The position numbers were made by a program, and so were the translations under genes. DNA of 64,000 bases from Hormiphora californensis (Eukaryota > Animalia > Ctenophora), in NCBI GenBank assembly GCA_020137815.1, contig CM035352.1, positions 1,798,001-1,862,000 on the forward strand. Direction: 5' to 3'. Positions 1 through 36,502 of the stretch are shown in pieces; position 1 is the stretch's first letter; the number at the start of each line of letters is the position of its first letter. Under the pieces are notes generated by a model. That model searched no databases and was not told the DNA's origin. It saw only the letters and a program-made list of their open reading frames with translations.

Positions 1-1611
1 TTATTTTCTCCTGTCTTTGTTCTTCATGAGTGGTAACCTTCATAACTTGTTCATGCAGAGTGCGAGTGAAGCAGGTCGGATCCTCTGTTTACAGTGAGCT
101 AGTGTTAAAAGGTTGGGATTTCACCATTACAACTACAACAGCTAAGAAACTCAAAGCTCATACCCTGTCAAAGTCGCTGAGGGAAGCAGCTGAAGAAGGA
201 CGAGGAAAGCGAAGGAGATAGATCGTTGTCTGTCCGAATTGCAGTGTTCATTCTAGCGGTGTGTGACGAATCTGATTTGTATCGGCTCAATCAGCATCTT
301 CTTCTACCTCTACTACACCCGCTTTGGCCGCTTTGCACCAGAATCGTTCGGCGGGTAACAACTCCCAGGATAACGGAGAGAACAAACAGCCAACATCATG
401 GGCAAATTACTCCGCCTCAGTCACCATCTCCCTCTCCAACATCATCTTCCCTATCATGTTCAAACTGATTGGATACGTGGAGGTATATCGGTCACCCAGC
501 ACCCGACTACTAGTCACCATGGGACGTTCCTTTGTAATGAAGTTGTTCAGTATTTGTACCATGTTGTTTACTGTCTACCAGACCGTTAAACCTAGTGGAG
601 GTTCCCTAAACCACACACACCACGTGGCGAACTACCCGTGTTGGGAGAACTTCATGGCGACTAAACTCTACCAGATGTGTATTATTGATCTGCTGATATC
701 GGTGGGTGCAATTGGAGTGAAACTCTTTGCCCGGTGGTCAATTATCCAATGTATTGTAGGACTAAAACTCGCTAAACGGAGGGACGTGAATCCAGAGTTT
801 GAGTTGTGTGAGGAGATCCTCAGGTTGTGTTATAAACAGATGCTCCTATGGTCTGCATACCCCCTTGTCCCTCTGCTAACTATCCTTGGAGTTCTTGAGA
901 TTACATTTTTCATTTACGTAAAGAAGGCCATTGTTCTTAGCACTAATCCGAATGTCTGGGGCGATTGTTCTGACTAGCAAGACTATAAATGTTGTTAACT
1001 TCCTGTTCGTGTTATCTCTCCTGGCAATATTCATCTTCTATGGACTAATCATGGTCAACCTCCAACCCTCCCTTGACTGCGGTCCGTTCCGTAATATGAC
1101 ATGTTTCGGGGACCCTATCAACGAGCTTCTCGACCAAAGTGGGGTAACGGGGAGATACCTTCCTCTTGCTCATCAAATCAGTGCCAGCACACATTATTCA
1201 TAACCGTTATTGTAACTCTGGTTATCTACTATTACAAGTGCCTGGCTAACTCCCGGGCATTGACCATCGATCTGCTGAAGGAGCAGGTGATGAACGAGAG
1301 ACATAACAAGAGGTTGACCCTGGCACGAATCAGGAAAAGGAAGATTAACAACTGTGAGCCCCGGCCCTCGACACATCAGGCACCGGGGACACTATTCCAA
1401 ACAACAGGCGATCGAACGGGTCCACAAGTTTGCCAATCCGAGATTTGAAAAGCAGAATAGTCGGAGGTCGTTGTTAGTGACTGTAGAGAACGCGGGCACA
1501 GTCAAAAAAGGGACAACACGAGTCTTGATGCCTCGAAAAGACACAATAATTGAACAAATACCAAAGGTTGCAATGGAAATTGTAAGCTTTACGGTTGGGG
1601 CGTGTACATAA
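1..1611 (+). CDS. Transmembrane channel-like (TMC family) protein, 5'-partial, intronless here, split across frames by about 4 single-base shifts
   Basis: Consecutive ORFs 30-221, 226-, 324-977, 931-1203, 1101-1448 and possibly 1354-1611 carry TMC hallmarks in order: GWDFTI..AKKLK, CWENFMATKLYQM..D, EFELCEEILRLCYKQMLLW..PLVPLL, PSLDCGPF, then a last TM helix IYYY followed by a coiled tail. No GT-AG introns explain the frame changes. The stop is at 1448 or 1611. Confidence 0.85.
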
Positions 1612-1994
1612 AAAGCATGACTTGTTTTGAATTTCAGAAGTTTTTTATTATCTCCACAGATTAGTTGTTTTAACTTTTACACTTTTGTACTGAAAACGAA
1701 CTCGGAACTGGGGCGGCAAAAATATTTCCTGGCTGTAACCGAACTGGGCTGATTACTGAGCATGTTAACATTAATATTGATAGCCAACGGTAGACATCGA
1801 CACAAGGATTAACTATTGATAGTAGCAATACAGACTTGCTGGATGACGGCTGATGACGAAACGAACAGATGACGAAAAGCAGCGAGTTTGTTGTGACAAA
1901 AGTTTTGGATAAGATCAAAATCTGGATTTAGCTCTGCGCGGCGTGCGCGTACCATTACGAAATGTTGACAAAGTGCACTTTTCATAGTAAAGTT

Positions 1995-2024
1995 GCGCGC
2001 GCACGTGACCGATTCCATGGCAAC
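1995..2024. promoter_or_regulatory. Candidate promoter module upstream of the lebercilin gene: GCGCGCG, E-box CACGTG and RFX X-box-like GATTCCATGGCAAC
   Basis: Motifs seen at 1995-2024. X-boxes (GTNRCC-N0-3-RGYAAC) are established in ciliary gene promoters. The motif is also common elsewhere in this window, so specificity is low. Confidence 0.35.
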
Positions 2025-3801
2025 AAGGTCAAATCTACACCACCTCCACTTGACTTTGCGTTGCCCTCTTGCTTGACGTTTCTAGTTTCTGAATGACGAT
2101 GGTCAGTGATATCACAACATGTTTAAATTTTGATCGAGCATGCTAAAAGGAAGGCAACTCAGTAATTCGAATTTAGTTCTATGTGTTTCGAGTAGTTTCG
2201 TATGTGTTCGAGTAGGACTTTGGCCTTTGCTTGCTGCGAACGTCACATTGAAAAGCCTAGATCGTGCAAAGCCTAGATCGTGCATATATCACCGTCAGTT
2301 TAGCTTTCTTTTCAGTCTTCACTAAAGTGCACTTTTTAAGGAGTTAAGTAGGTTATTAGTTCAGTTCCTTACCATGTTGTGTAATTCGCGTCGGTGGGTA
2401 TGTGAATCAACCCCTGGTTCTCTTTTTAGGCTACATTTGTGCCATTTACTGTGCAACAACTATACAACAACTGCTTTGTCGTATTTAATTCGATCATCAT
2501 GGTCTCATGTTACTCATACCCTAGTATGTGACTTTCTAATCTCAGCGTATTGGCATATTATGAATATGAATTGTCCATTTCGCATGGAAAGAACTTTAAT
2601 ACTACTTGCTGCAGTAGACCTTTATTGCTTGAGGTCGTCTAGTATTTCGATCCATATTAGGTATAATCAACCCTCGTGAGCCCTCAGATTACCTTCTCTT
2701 ATAACCTGCTATTACGTACTGAGTTCTAAAATTATACTACTGCTGCAGTGGTGATATTGCTTGTTGCCCCATGGTTAACCATGGTTACCATGTGGGCCAC
2801 TCACTAAAACTAGTATCATGTATCATGCTACTGACGCTACTGTTATATTCTAGCCCCCTGTCCAATTACTACCCACTTACTACTACCTGCACTCTGTCGT
2901 TGTAGTTGTTGGGGCAATGAAACACAGTGCGATGCGTGAGTGTTTGTGACTTCGTGTGTAGTTGTAGTCGATTAATCGATGCTTGATTACCAATCAATTA
3001 GTTGAATCCCATTGTCTCTATTGATTCTTTTCGTTCAGTTTTGATTATTTTCCACTTACTCTTCACCCCAACTTTCTCCCAAGTTTTCTCCCCGACACAT
3101 TACAAAGTTTCGTCACACCTGCAGCAGTTCCAAATATGCACTAATCACACCCACTCACACACACCCACTCACACCTTTAAATACCTAGTTTCTAATCACA
3201 CAGTACACACACACACACCCTCACACCCATATAGTACCAGTTTACATGTCTAGCTCGGTGAGTGTGACGAATCTTACATTTCCACCATCTCTCTCTGTCT
3301 CACACCACGCCACCCTCCACATCCCACTTGAGCAGTCCAGTACTGAGGAAGAAGATGAGGCTTCCTCAACCTCTAAAACACACTCAGTATCCACTTCATC
3401 AGGTACCACACATAGCCTCACAGAGATCAGAGATACATACCTCACATAGCACCCCACAGAGATATCAGAGATACATATCACACAATTCACAATAGCCTCA
3501 CAGAGATCAGTGATCAGGTACATAGCCTCACAGAGATCAGAGACACATATCACAAATATATCAGAGGGATATCTAGACAGATCAGAGTCCAGAGATACAT
3601 TACCGGTATAGATTCTAGACACACATTCACACATAGTCACACATAGTCACACATAGTCATTAGTCACATATAGTCACACATAGTCGCACACAATACAATT
3701 AATCTAATGACTAATATATCCATGTGTTTCTCGATTTATCTAATCCATGTGTGCCGATACATTATGTGTAGTGTTATGTCCGGTACTGGAACTAGAACCT
3801 A

Positions 3802-9437
<5,636 letters not shown>

Positions 9438-10068
9438 GGAGGGTGATGATATTAGAAGGTTTGGCAACATGCCAAAAATGCAATTACTGAAGGACTGTGA
9501 TTACAGACAAGATTTGTTGATTCGATTACGTGATGGGAACTCTTTTGGCTAGACATGTTATTTTTGCAACCATGGTGTACAGTTTGACCTAACTTTTTTG
9601 AAAGTCGTGACTGATACCCGTGTTTCGGTTGTCAAGTGGTTGGAAGGAGTTTATTAAAAACTCTAGTTTCTACACGCAACTTCGGTGTTTCCTCTCGTTG
9701 CCAAGACAAGTTCATCCAACGCGACTTTTCAAAATACTTCCAATGAAAGGGCGCGCGCACTTTCTCTCTCAACTGGTACGCGCAAATAAATCGCGCGCGG
9801 AGTATTCCAGATTTTTGTGTTCTCGCACAATAATTTCGTCAATCACGATTATCTCATTGATTTACTGATATCCGGTTCAAGCTGACAAACAAATCTATAC
9901 TCGTTTCTCACAAAATGTAGAAAAAAATTATAAAAAAAACAATCAAATTTCACAAGAGTCACAACGCCCAAAGGTACAAATCCCTGCAGCTCCCAAGCTG
10001 CCAAAACATCAAAATACCACATATTCACATGTTAGTCTCTCAGCAGTCTCTCTATCACTCGATAGTCT

Positions 10069-28730
<18,662 letters not shown>

Positions 28731-28889
28731 GGTGCGTGAAACTAATCCTTATCTTTCTCTTCGATCGTTTTATGATCTGCACAAAGAAAAAGAGAGATAA
28801 GGTAACGGTTATACAAGCAATGTGATCCGCTTCAAGGAAGAGAAAGGAGAGTGAGAGAGAGAGAGAGTGAGAGAGAGAGTGAGAGAGAA

Positions 28890-28937
<48 letters not shown>

Positions 28938-29392
28938 GAGATAGAGAGAGAGTGAGAGTGAGTGAGAGAAAGAGAGCGAATCGTTGAATCGAGATATAAT
29001 ATAACGGCGAGGGAGATACATGGTGCAGAGAATGATTGTACATGGCTGTTTTTTAGGTTCACACAATTAATGCACGCACGTCATTTTCCCTCTAAAATAT
29101 GTCAAAATTGGGTTAACTCACAGTCACGTCATACACTACACAGTTTAGTTGAGACTCCCACAATACAAACTTTCTCAAAATCTATAAATGCAGTGGTACC
29201 CCAATTATAAATCACACAAATTGCAGCGCTTTGTCACAAGCACGCTATTCTCACTAGCACATTATATGTTTCATGTTCCGTTAAATTGCTCCTTCACAAA
29301 AACTTTAATTCACAACAGGTACTCCTTCACAAAAACTTCTACTCTCACGCTCATGACTGCATTCTCTCCCACTGCAAACTCTCCGCATCTTT

Positions 29393-32300
29393 TCACACAG
29401 CCTCAGCACACTTTTCACTCTCACCTAGAGCAGCAGGTTTACTTAGTTCATCAGCAGGGGGAGTTAGAATTTGGACGGGACATTTTTCTGATTTTTTATC
29501 CGTCATAATTTCCCCAAAATTAGCCGGATCTTTATCACCATTTGCCTCTGCGGGTGGAGTAGGAAGACCATCCTTCCCATCCAGCCCGTTTGGAGATCTT
29601 CCCCCATTGAGGGCGTGGTCAGATCCACCATTTGGTACGGGGGACGTTGGGAAGACATCATTCATCATCAAACTCATCATATTCTGATTCATGCCTGATC
29701 CTCCCAGCTCGGAACACGGGGTATCTCGACCATTAGCGGCAAAGAATTGTGCAGGGGTGTTTCGGCCGCTCATTATCAAATGTTCAACTTCCGGTGTCAT
29801 CAGACTTGTCATTCGGCTGCGGCTCCTCCCGGCGGCACTCCAAACACCCTGAGGAAGGAGAAGGGGGTCAGGAGGTGACTGGAGGTTCAGTGGGAGTGGG
29901 GTGTGCAATAAAAAGAGGAGGGGAGGTTCTAGGATGGAATTTTTGGTGCCCAACAATAATCGAGGGGAGACACAGAAAAAGATTGACTGGACAAGACTGC
30001 ATCAAAAATTAACATGAACATTAAATGAAGTGTAAATTGAATCTCTCGTATAATCTCCGGCACTCTAGTAACCATGGCACCACCGTATGGTGTAACTAGA
30101 TGGTAACTGATGTTGTAACCATGGTAACCATGATCACATATAAATAGGGACGGGTAACGTACGAATGCAGAACGACAGTCGATGTGATCCCATGACATAG
30201 AGCTTCCTGGTCGCGTCTAAATTGGAATGTCAGTGTACACATCACATGATCAAGATTATTTAACGGGCACTAAAAGAACTAAATATATCACTCAGCTGAG
30301 ACCATGTCTCCAATCACGCAGTCTCGAGACTGTCTCTGGTCACGCAGCTGAGAGTGAGACTGTCTCCATGGTTACACATGATGCACACAATATGTTCTTA
30401 CCGATTGGCGCATGGAGGATGCGGGGGTTCCACAGCGGCTACCAGCAGGGGTGGAGAGAAGTTTGCTCATAGTGGCCGCCCGACCTTCTGTCTCCTCCAT
30501 CTCAGAGGTCACTTTCCGTAGCTTACTTTGAAGGGTGTGGACTCGGCTTTCCTACGAGGATTTTATTTCATAAGAGCGGTTGCCAAGGAACTAAATTAGA
30601 GCTTTATTTGACATCTGAATTTAGATTAATTGAAGGAGGGAGTCTAAAAAGTAAAACTTACTGAATCAGCAAGGAACTGTTTTAGTTGTTTGTTCCGATT
30701 GTTTAGCGCTGTGATTTGCTCCACTTGTCGTGCTATAGTCTTTGTATCCTCACCCAGCTGTATCTCCATCTCCCTGCTCTGCCTTTCCATCCTTTTTATC
30801 GTCTGTAGGGAGAGAATTGGGGTTGCTATCTAGGAGTCTTTAATCTCGATGTCGGTTGTTATGGACTATGGAGTATATAGCTGGAATGTTGGTTGCTATG
30901 GATTCATCATACGTCACAATATGTAATCACTACCTTTTCAGTTTCAGTTCCCTTCTCCACCGTCTCGTCCATGGAACATTCCAGTTCTGCAATCCTATTT
31001 TCAAGGTTCCTAACCCGCGTCCTATAACTAGTCTTACACTCAACAAGCAACTCCTCCTGTTCCTTACCCATGTCCTTCATCTGGAATACAATTGAATTGA
31101 TTAATAAATTAATTAATCAGTTAAATTACAGGTGTTATATTGGAAAAGTAGCTCTTTTTTGGAGTTCAACAAAATGTTTGGCGGGTATAAAATGAACTGG
31201 TACTGGAAATTGTTGTGTTGGTGCACAAACCTTGTTCCGGAGTTTTTCTATTGTGTTGATGTTACTCGTTTTGACCTCTGTTAGATCACCATTCTCCACC
31301 TCCAACCGCACCAACTGGAATAAAGGTAAATTAGAGTCACTACAAGTATCAAGCAGCTGGTTTCCACATGAGTAAAATATTAATTTCATTTCAAGCCCGG
31401 TCAAAAGATCAGGAATCTACTCAGGAAACAAACATTTTCTCTGATATCAATTATGTACCCACCAATTCTTTTATTCGTCGCTTCTCTGCCTCGGCCAGTC
31501 CTTTCTCCTCAGTAACTCCCTCCAGAGATGTCTCCAAATCTTTCACCTATTGTGTGAAGGGGGAAGTATACAATTACCCAGTTTGATAATTAAATATAGA
31601 TCAGTAAATAGAACAGTGCGGGGGGGGGCACTGTGCGTTGCTATGGTAACTATGGAAGCCAGCACACTACTCTAATAATTGTACCTGGGTTTCAAGTTTG
31701 GTAACAGTTTCCAGTAGTGTATCTGCACGGGATTTCTCGCTAAACACCTTATTCTCCAAATCTATGACATCCTGCTCCAGGGCTCGTTTCTCTCCCTCCT
31801 CCTAGGAACGATTGAAAAAGTTGTTAAACTTATTATTATTTTATGCAACTAAATTATATATAACATTTCTTCTCATGGTTTTAACCTTTTTGACGATCTC
31901 TTCTAGCTCGGTGGATCGTGTTCCCTCATAGGATGCCTTCATATCTGCTCTAACTAGGGCCTCCTGTAACGCCTCACACCTAGCTGTCACCTCACCCAGA
32001 CTAATGTTCAGCTGCAAGTGAGGGGTTAACAATTGGGCAATTAACAAACTCATTCTGATATATCAAGCCAGATGAAAAAGTTTCTAGAACACTGTAACTC
32101 CAACCATGATCGACCTCTAATCACCTCTGAATACATGTACCTGTTCCCTACCTGTTCAAGGATGTCTTGTTGACGTGGTATTTCATTGTTTAGCTCGTTA
32201 ATCGTATTCTCCGCCAGGTCCATGTCTGACTGTAGCAGCAGCACCTACAACACGGGTCAAATAATGAGTCTACAACAAAGATGTATGGTCGAGGGATTGT

Positions 32301-35300
32301 CGAGCTAATCTAGAGCCGCATATCTTGTGTATCTACCTAGCATGCATTATACTAGGCAGATACACAAACAGCACCAGACCCATTCTGAAAGGTAGGTTCG
32401 AGGCGTGCGCTAGACAGTTGTTTATTGATGGAGGGGGTTAAATATCTGTACCGACCTCTTGTTCCAGGTCCCGTTTGATCATGTACATTTTGTTTATCTC
32501 TCCCTCCGCAGATTCTAGCTGTCCCTTCAGCAGGTTGATGGTACCACGACACGTGTTCTTAACTATCTCCATCTCCTCATCTTTCTCAGCCAGACCGTTT
32601 GTTTGCTGCAGGACATGGGTGTGTTACTAATTTGTTTGCTGCAGGGGACGAGGATTTGATTTGATAATAGCGGTTGCCATGGGCCAAGAAACGGGGACAA
32701 GAAACGGGGATATTACTAATTTGAATCGGGTGTTTAGATGTTCTAGATGTTCTTTCAGTTTAGTGTTCTATCGTGGTACAGAACAAAATATAATATCATT
32801 TTCATTTAGTTCCAAAGTGCTGATAAATGTGGGCTCCTGGACCAGTAACGAAGTGAGAACTGTCATCAGATACATTAGATGCTAATAGCATATCGAGCTA
32901 GCTCTAACAAAATAAAATATCAGACTTTTCTATCAATCTGAAAGGGAAATTCTAGAAACTTAACTTGGGGATTTCGAAAGGAAAGATTTGCCGTGCTTCT
33001 ACCGTGCTATAATATTGGCTACGAAATAAATAACCCCTCTAAGGAGGTCGCCTCGAGACCTTCACGCGCTGGCAAGGGAGGGGTAACTTCATTACCAAGC
33101 TATATTACCTGTTCCATGGAGAGAAGAAGGTCTTTATGATTCTTGTCAGCTCTACTGTTTGCCTTCTCCAAATCCAACTTAACATCTTCAACCTGATGCC
33201 AGATAAAGCTGGTTTTGCTCTGTCAGCTTGGATATCTGGGCCAGTCATCTGGAAAAGTATGGGAGGGGCAATTAGTAATTTAATTGTCACAAAGTATGAT
33301 ACAGAACAACGTTAAAGGTGACTTTTCCTAGAGCAGGGTTCGAATTTATACCTCAGATATTTTCCTGTCCCCAGCATCTTTCTCTGTCTCCAAATCAGAT
33401 ACGGTATCCTGTAGGCCTCTGATCTTCTCTCTCAGCTCTCTCTTAGGCAGTCCTCATCCTCATCACGTTGTCGGGTCAGAGTTGCAAGCTGAGAAGTGTT
33501 CTCCGCCAAACGTCTGCGAAGGAGGGTGTTCATATTCTACGTGTGTGGAACGATCAAAATCAATTAATTGGGTATCAGGCACAGAATCTCACACACAAGG
33601 TTTTGCACTGCAGAACCCTGCACGTGTACTAAAATGCGAACTACACAAACAAGGTTGGGATCAAATAAAATATCATATGTATGTTCGTGTTGACAGGAAT
33701 TTGTTAGGACTCCTAGTAGGGAGAGAGAGAGTCTGTGCATTTCCTACCTCTTGTAAATTTCACACTGACTTAGTGCATCTCGCCCGATCTCGAACTGCTC
33801 CGAAAGCTGTCTCTCCGAGTCCTCTAATCTTTTATCAAGGGTCATGACTTGTTTGCGGTATTGACTGGCTTCTGATGCTCGCTTCTCTGCCTCGTTCGTC
33901 TGTTCTATCTTCTTACGTTCTGTCTCTTTTATCCTAATTGATGCAGGAATTAAGAAAAACTAGCAGATTAAAAAGTTTCACGGTATTTCAATCAAAAGTA
34001 GTTCATTTGAAATATGGAACGAAAGATGGAAAGTATTGACAGCTCTCATATAATAAGGAAAGACATATTTATACGCGGATGGGAAATAATTAGGAGTTTT
34101 AATTAACATTGCCCCATACTGTGAGGGTGATATTGACCTGAAGAAGGTGCGTCAAATAGGGCCAGCTGAAAACTGGAAGGGAAAGGGTAGAGGTACCCAA
34201 TACAGAATTAGAAGGGGTAATAAGAAATAATAAAGGCCACGAAGAGGAATTTAATGAGATCAACTAAGTTTTCCTAAGGTGAAATTAACAACTAACTATG
34301 AAGGGAGAGGCCCACTACACCTTTAGAGGAACTATAGTACGTGTAGTCGTCGAGTTATGTAACAAATAGATATGTATGTAACACACGCACACCCACAGCA
34401 GCTAGAGCTATCATCACCTTTTGGTGAGCCGGGCAATCTCTGTCTCAGCGTCCTTTAGCCGACTTTCCCACTTCTTCCGACCCTCCTCTTCCTCTTCAAG
34501 GGAGGATTTAGTTAACTCGGCTGAGCGGGCGTTCAGGACATTGATTTCACCGATTTGTTGCTGATTCTGACGCTTTAGTTCCTGAAGGGGGGGGGGGACA
34601 TGATAAAGGGAGACAGTGTCTGAGGGGGAGTTAGACCAGGCCAGAGAAACCATAATTTTCCCGCTCTTGCCTAACAACAGTGATAAAAACTAAAAAGTCA
34701 GTAACAACAGTAACAGCTCAGCTCACCTCTTGAGTCGCCTATGACACTGTGTCCCCACTTCAACTCACCTCAACCATGGTGGCATGTTTAACAGATTTGT
34801 CCTTCTCCTCCTCACAGTCCCTCTGTAGGACCCCAACCCTGGATGTCAGAGCTACCTTCTGTTGTGTCACCGTATCCAACTCTATTCTAACTATCTCCAG
34901 CTCCTTGGAGAGAGACTTGCTCTCCACAGAGAGGGTGGAGGACCGGGCTTCTGACGAGGCTAGTGTCTCCTTCAGTAGGATGTGCTCTCTGTTCAAACTG
35001 TGAGGAGAGAATTATGAATCATGAGAGGGGGGAATATGGATAATGAAGACAGCTGCAGCTGACGTTTGAATTAATTCCATGCTATAATTATCGGCCACTT
35101 TCCATTTGGATCGGGAATTTGCGCCAAAAGACACATCCCTCCCTCACATACTACACTGCAGTTCTACCTGTTAAATTTATTCTGAAGAGATTCTTTGCCA
35201 TTTCCAACATCAGCCAGGTTTTCCAGCAACTTGGCATTTTCATCACGAGCCTTTTTTAGTTGACTCTCGGCCAGGACCAGTCGTGATACAAGACCTGACC

Positions 35301-36449
35301 TGCAGATAAATAATGGAAACACTTATTCCCTACCAATTTGTTAGGGGAGAAAGCCTGATTTTTGGCCTGAATGGGAAATTTAAACTTATTCCTTTGCCAA
35401 TTAGAATTCGATAGAACATAGGGAACATATTATTTTATTTTATTTGACCCACTTGTCCGAGTCCATCTGCTGTATTTCAGTAAAACGCCCGTTCTTCTCA
35501 CTCTCCAGCTTATCTTTCAGTTTAGAGATCTGTTCATAGCATTCCTTACATTCATTCTGATATCGTTCCGTCTGGAGGGTTACCATGGTAAGTAATCTGG
35601 TGTAACCGCGGTAACCATGCATGGTAACCATTATACTTTGTTAACAACTCGTTGTGTTACCTGTCGTCTCATGGAATCACGAGCCTGCTTTTCCCTGTCA
35701 ATTCTGTCCTCAAGTTCCCTCTTCAAATCTGTCCAGTCCTCCTCTTTTCTCTTGTGATGTTGTTTCTGAAAGTTGTTAGTTGTACAATGTAATTGACTGA
35801 CTGAATTTTACATTTGAAGACCAATGATCACTTCGTGATACCAGCACCGCTAAACACATCTCATGTGACTAAGTTATAATTGTTGTAGATCATGTCATTG
35901 ACGCGGTTCTCGGTCTCATCCTTTCTTACTAACAAATAATTTTTTACCTGACTGCGAATTGCATTTTCATTTTCCTCCTGAAGCTTTTCATAGTCCGCAA
36001 CTTCCGTTTCCATGTCGGTAACTTTGCGACGGAGAGCCTCCAATTCGGACTGGTGACCCTAATTAGAATTTAATGATGACACATGTATTTACCAGTGGTG
36101 AGATTTCAGTGAAAATTTACCCTCTGTAAGAGTCACGTGACACAAAATATGTCAAGTTACATAATGTGACAACCATGTAACTGGTGGGTGGAAGATTGAA
36201 TCTCATGTGACAAGGAAGTGACGTAATGTAACAGTCACGTGATTTTTGTAACACTCACGTGATAAACATTGTGTGCAAGTCACGTGACTGTTACAAACGG
36301 GTCCATTTTTCACTGAAAACCCACTACCCAGTCACACATGCACGTGTAAAAACATCAGCCGCGGTCTAAAATACAAAGTAATTTAGCTTCAAATGTAACA
36401 AGGTGTCTCGACTGAATACATAGCTGGTGACATGGAGATTATGTTTCTG

Positions 36450-36502
<53 letters not shown>

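Noticed and set aside
9740-9800. GCGCGC-rich promoter-like patch between two convergent genes (similar patch near 21200)
   Set aside because: No ORF or RNA gene could be tied to it. It may be a TE remnant.
34725-34770. 12-nt micro-exon between two GTGAG donors
   Set aside because: It would need an intron of about 29 nt, far shorter than the others here. Unsupported without RNA data.
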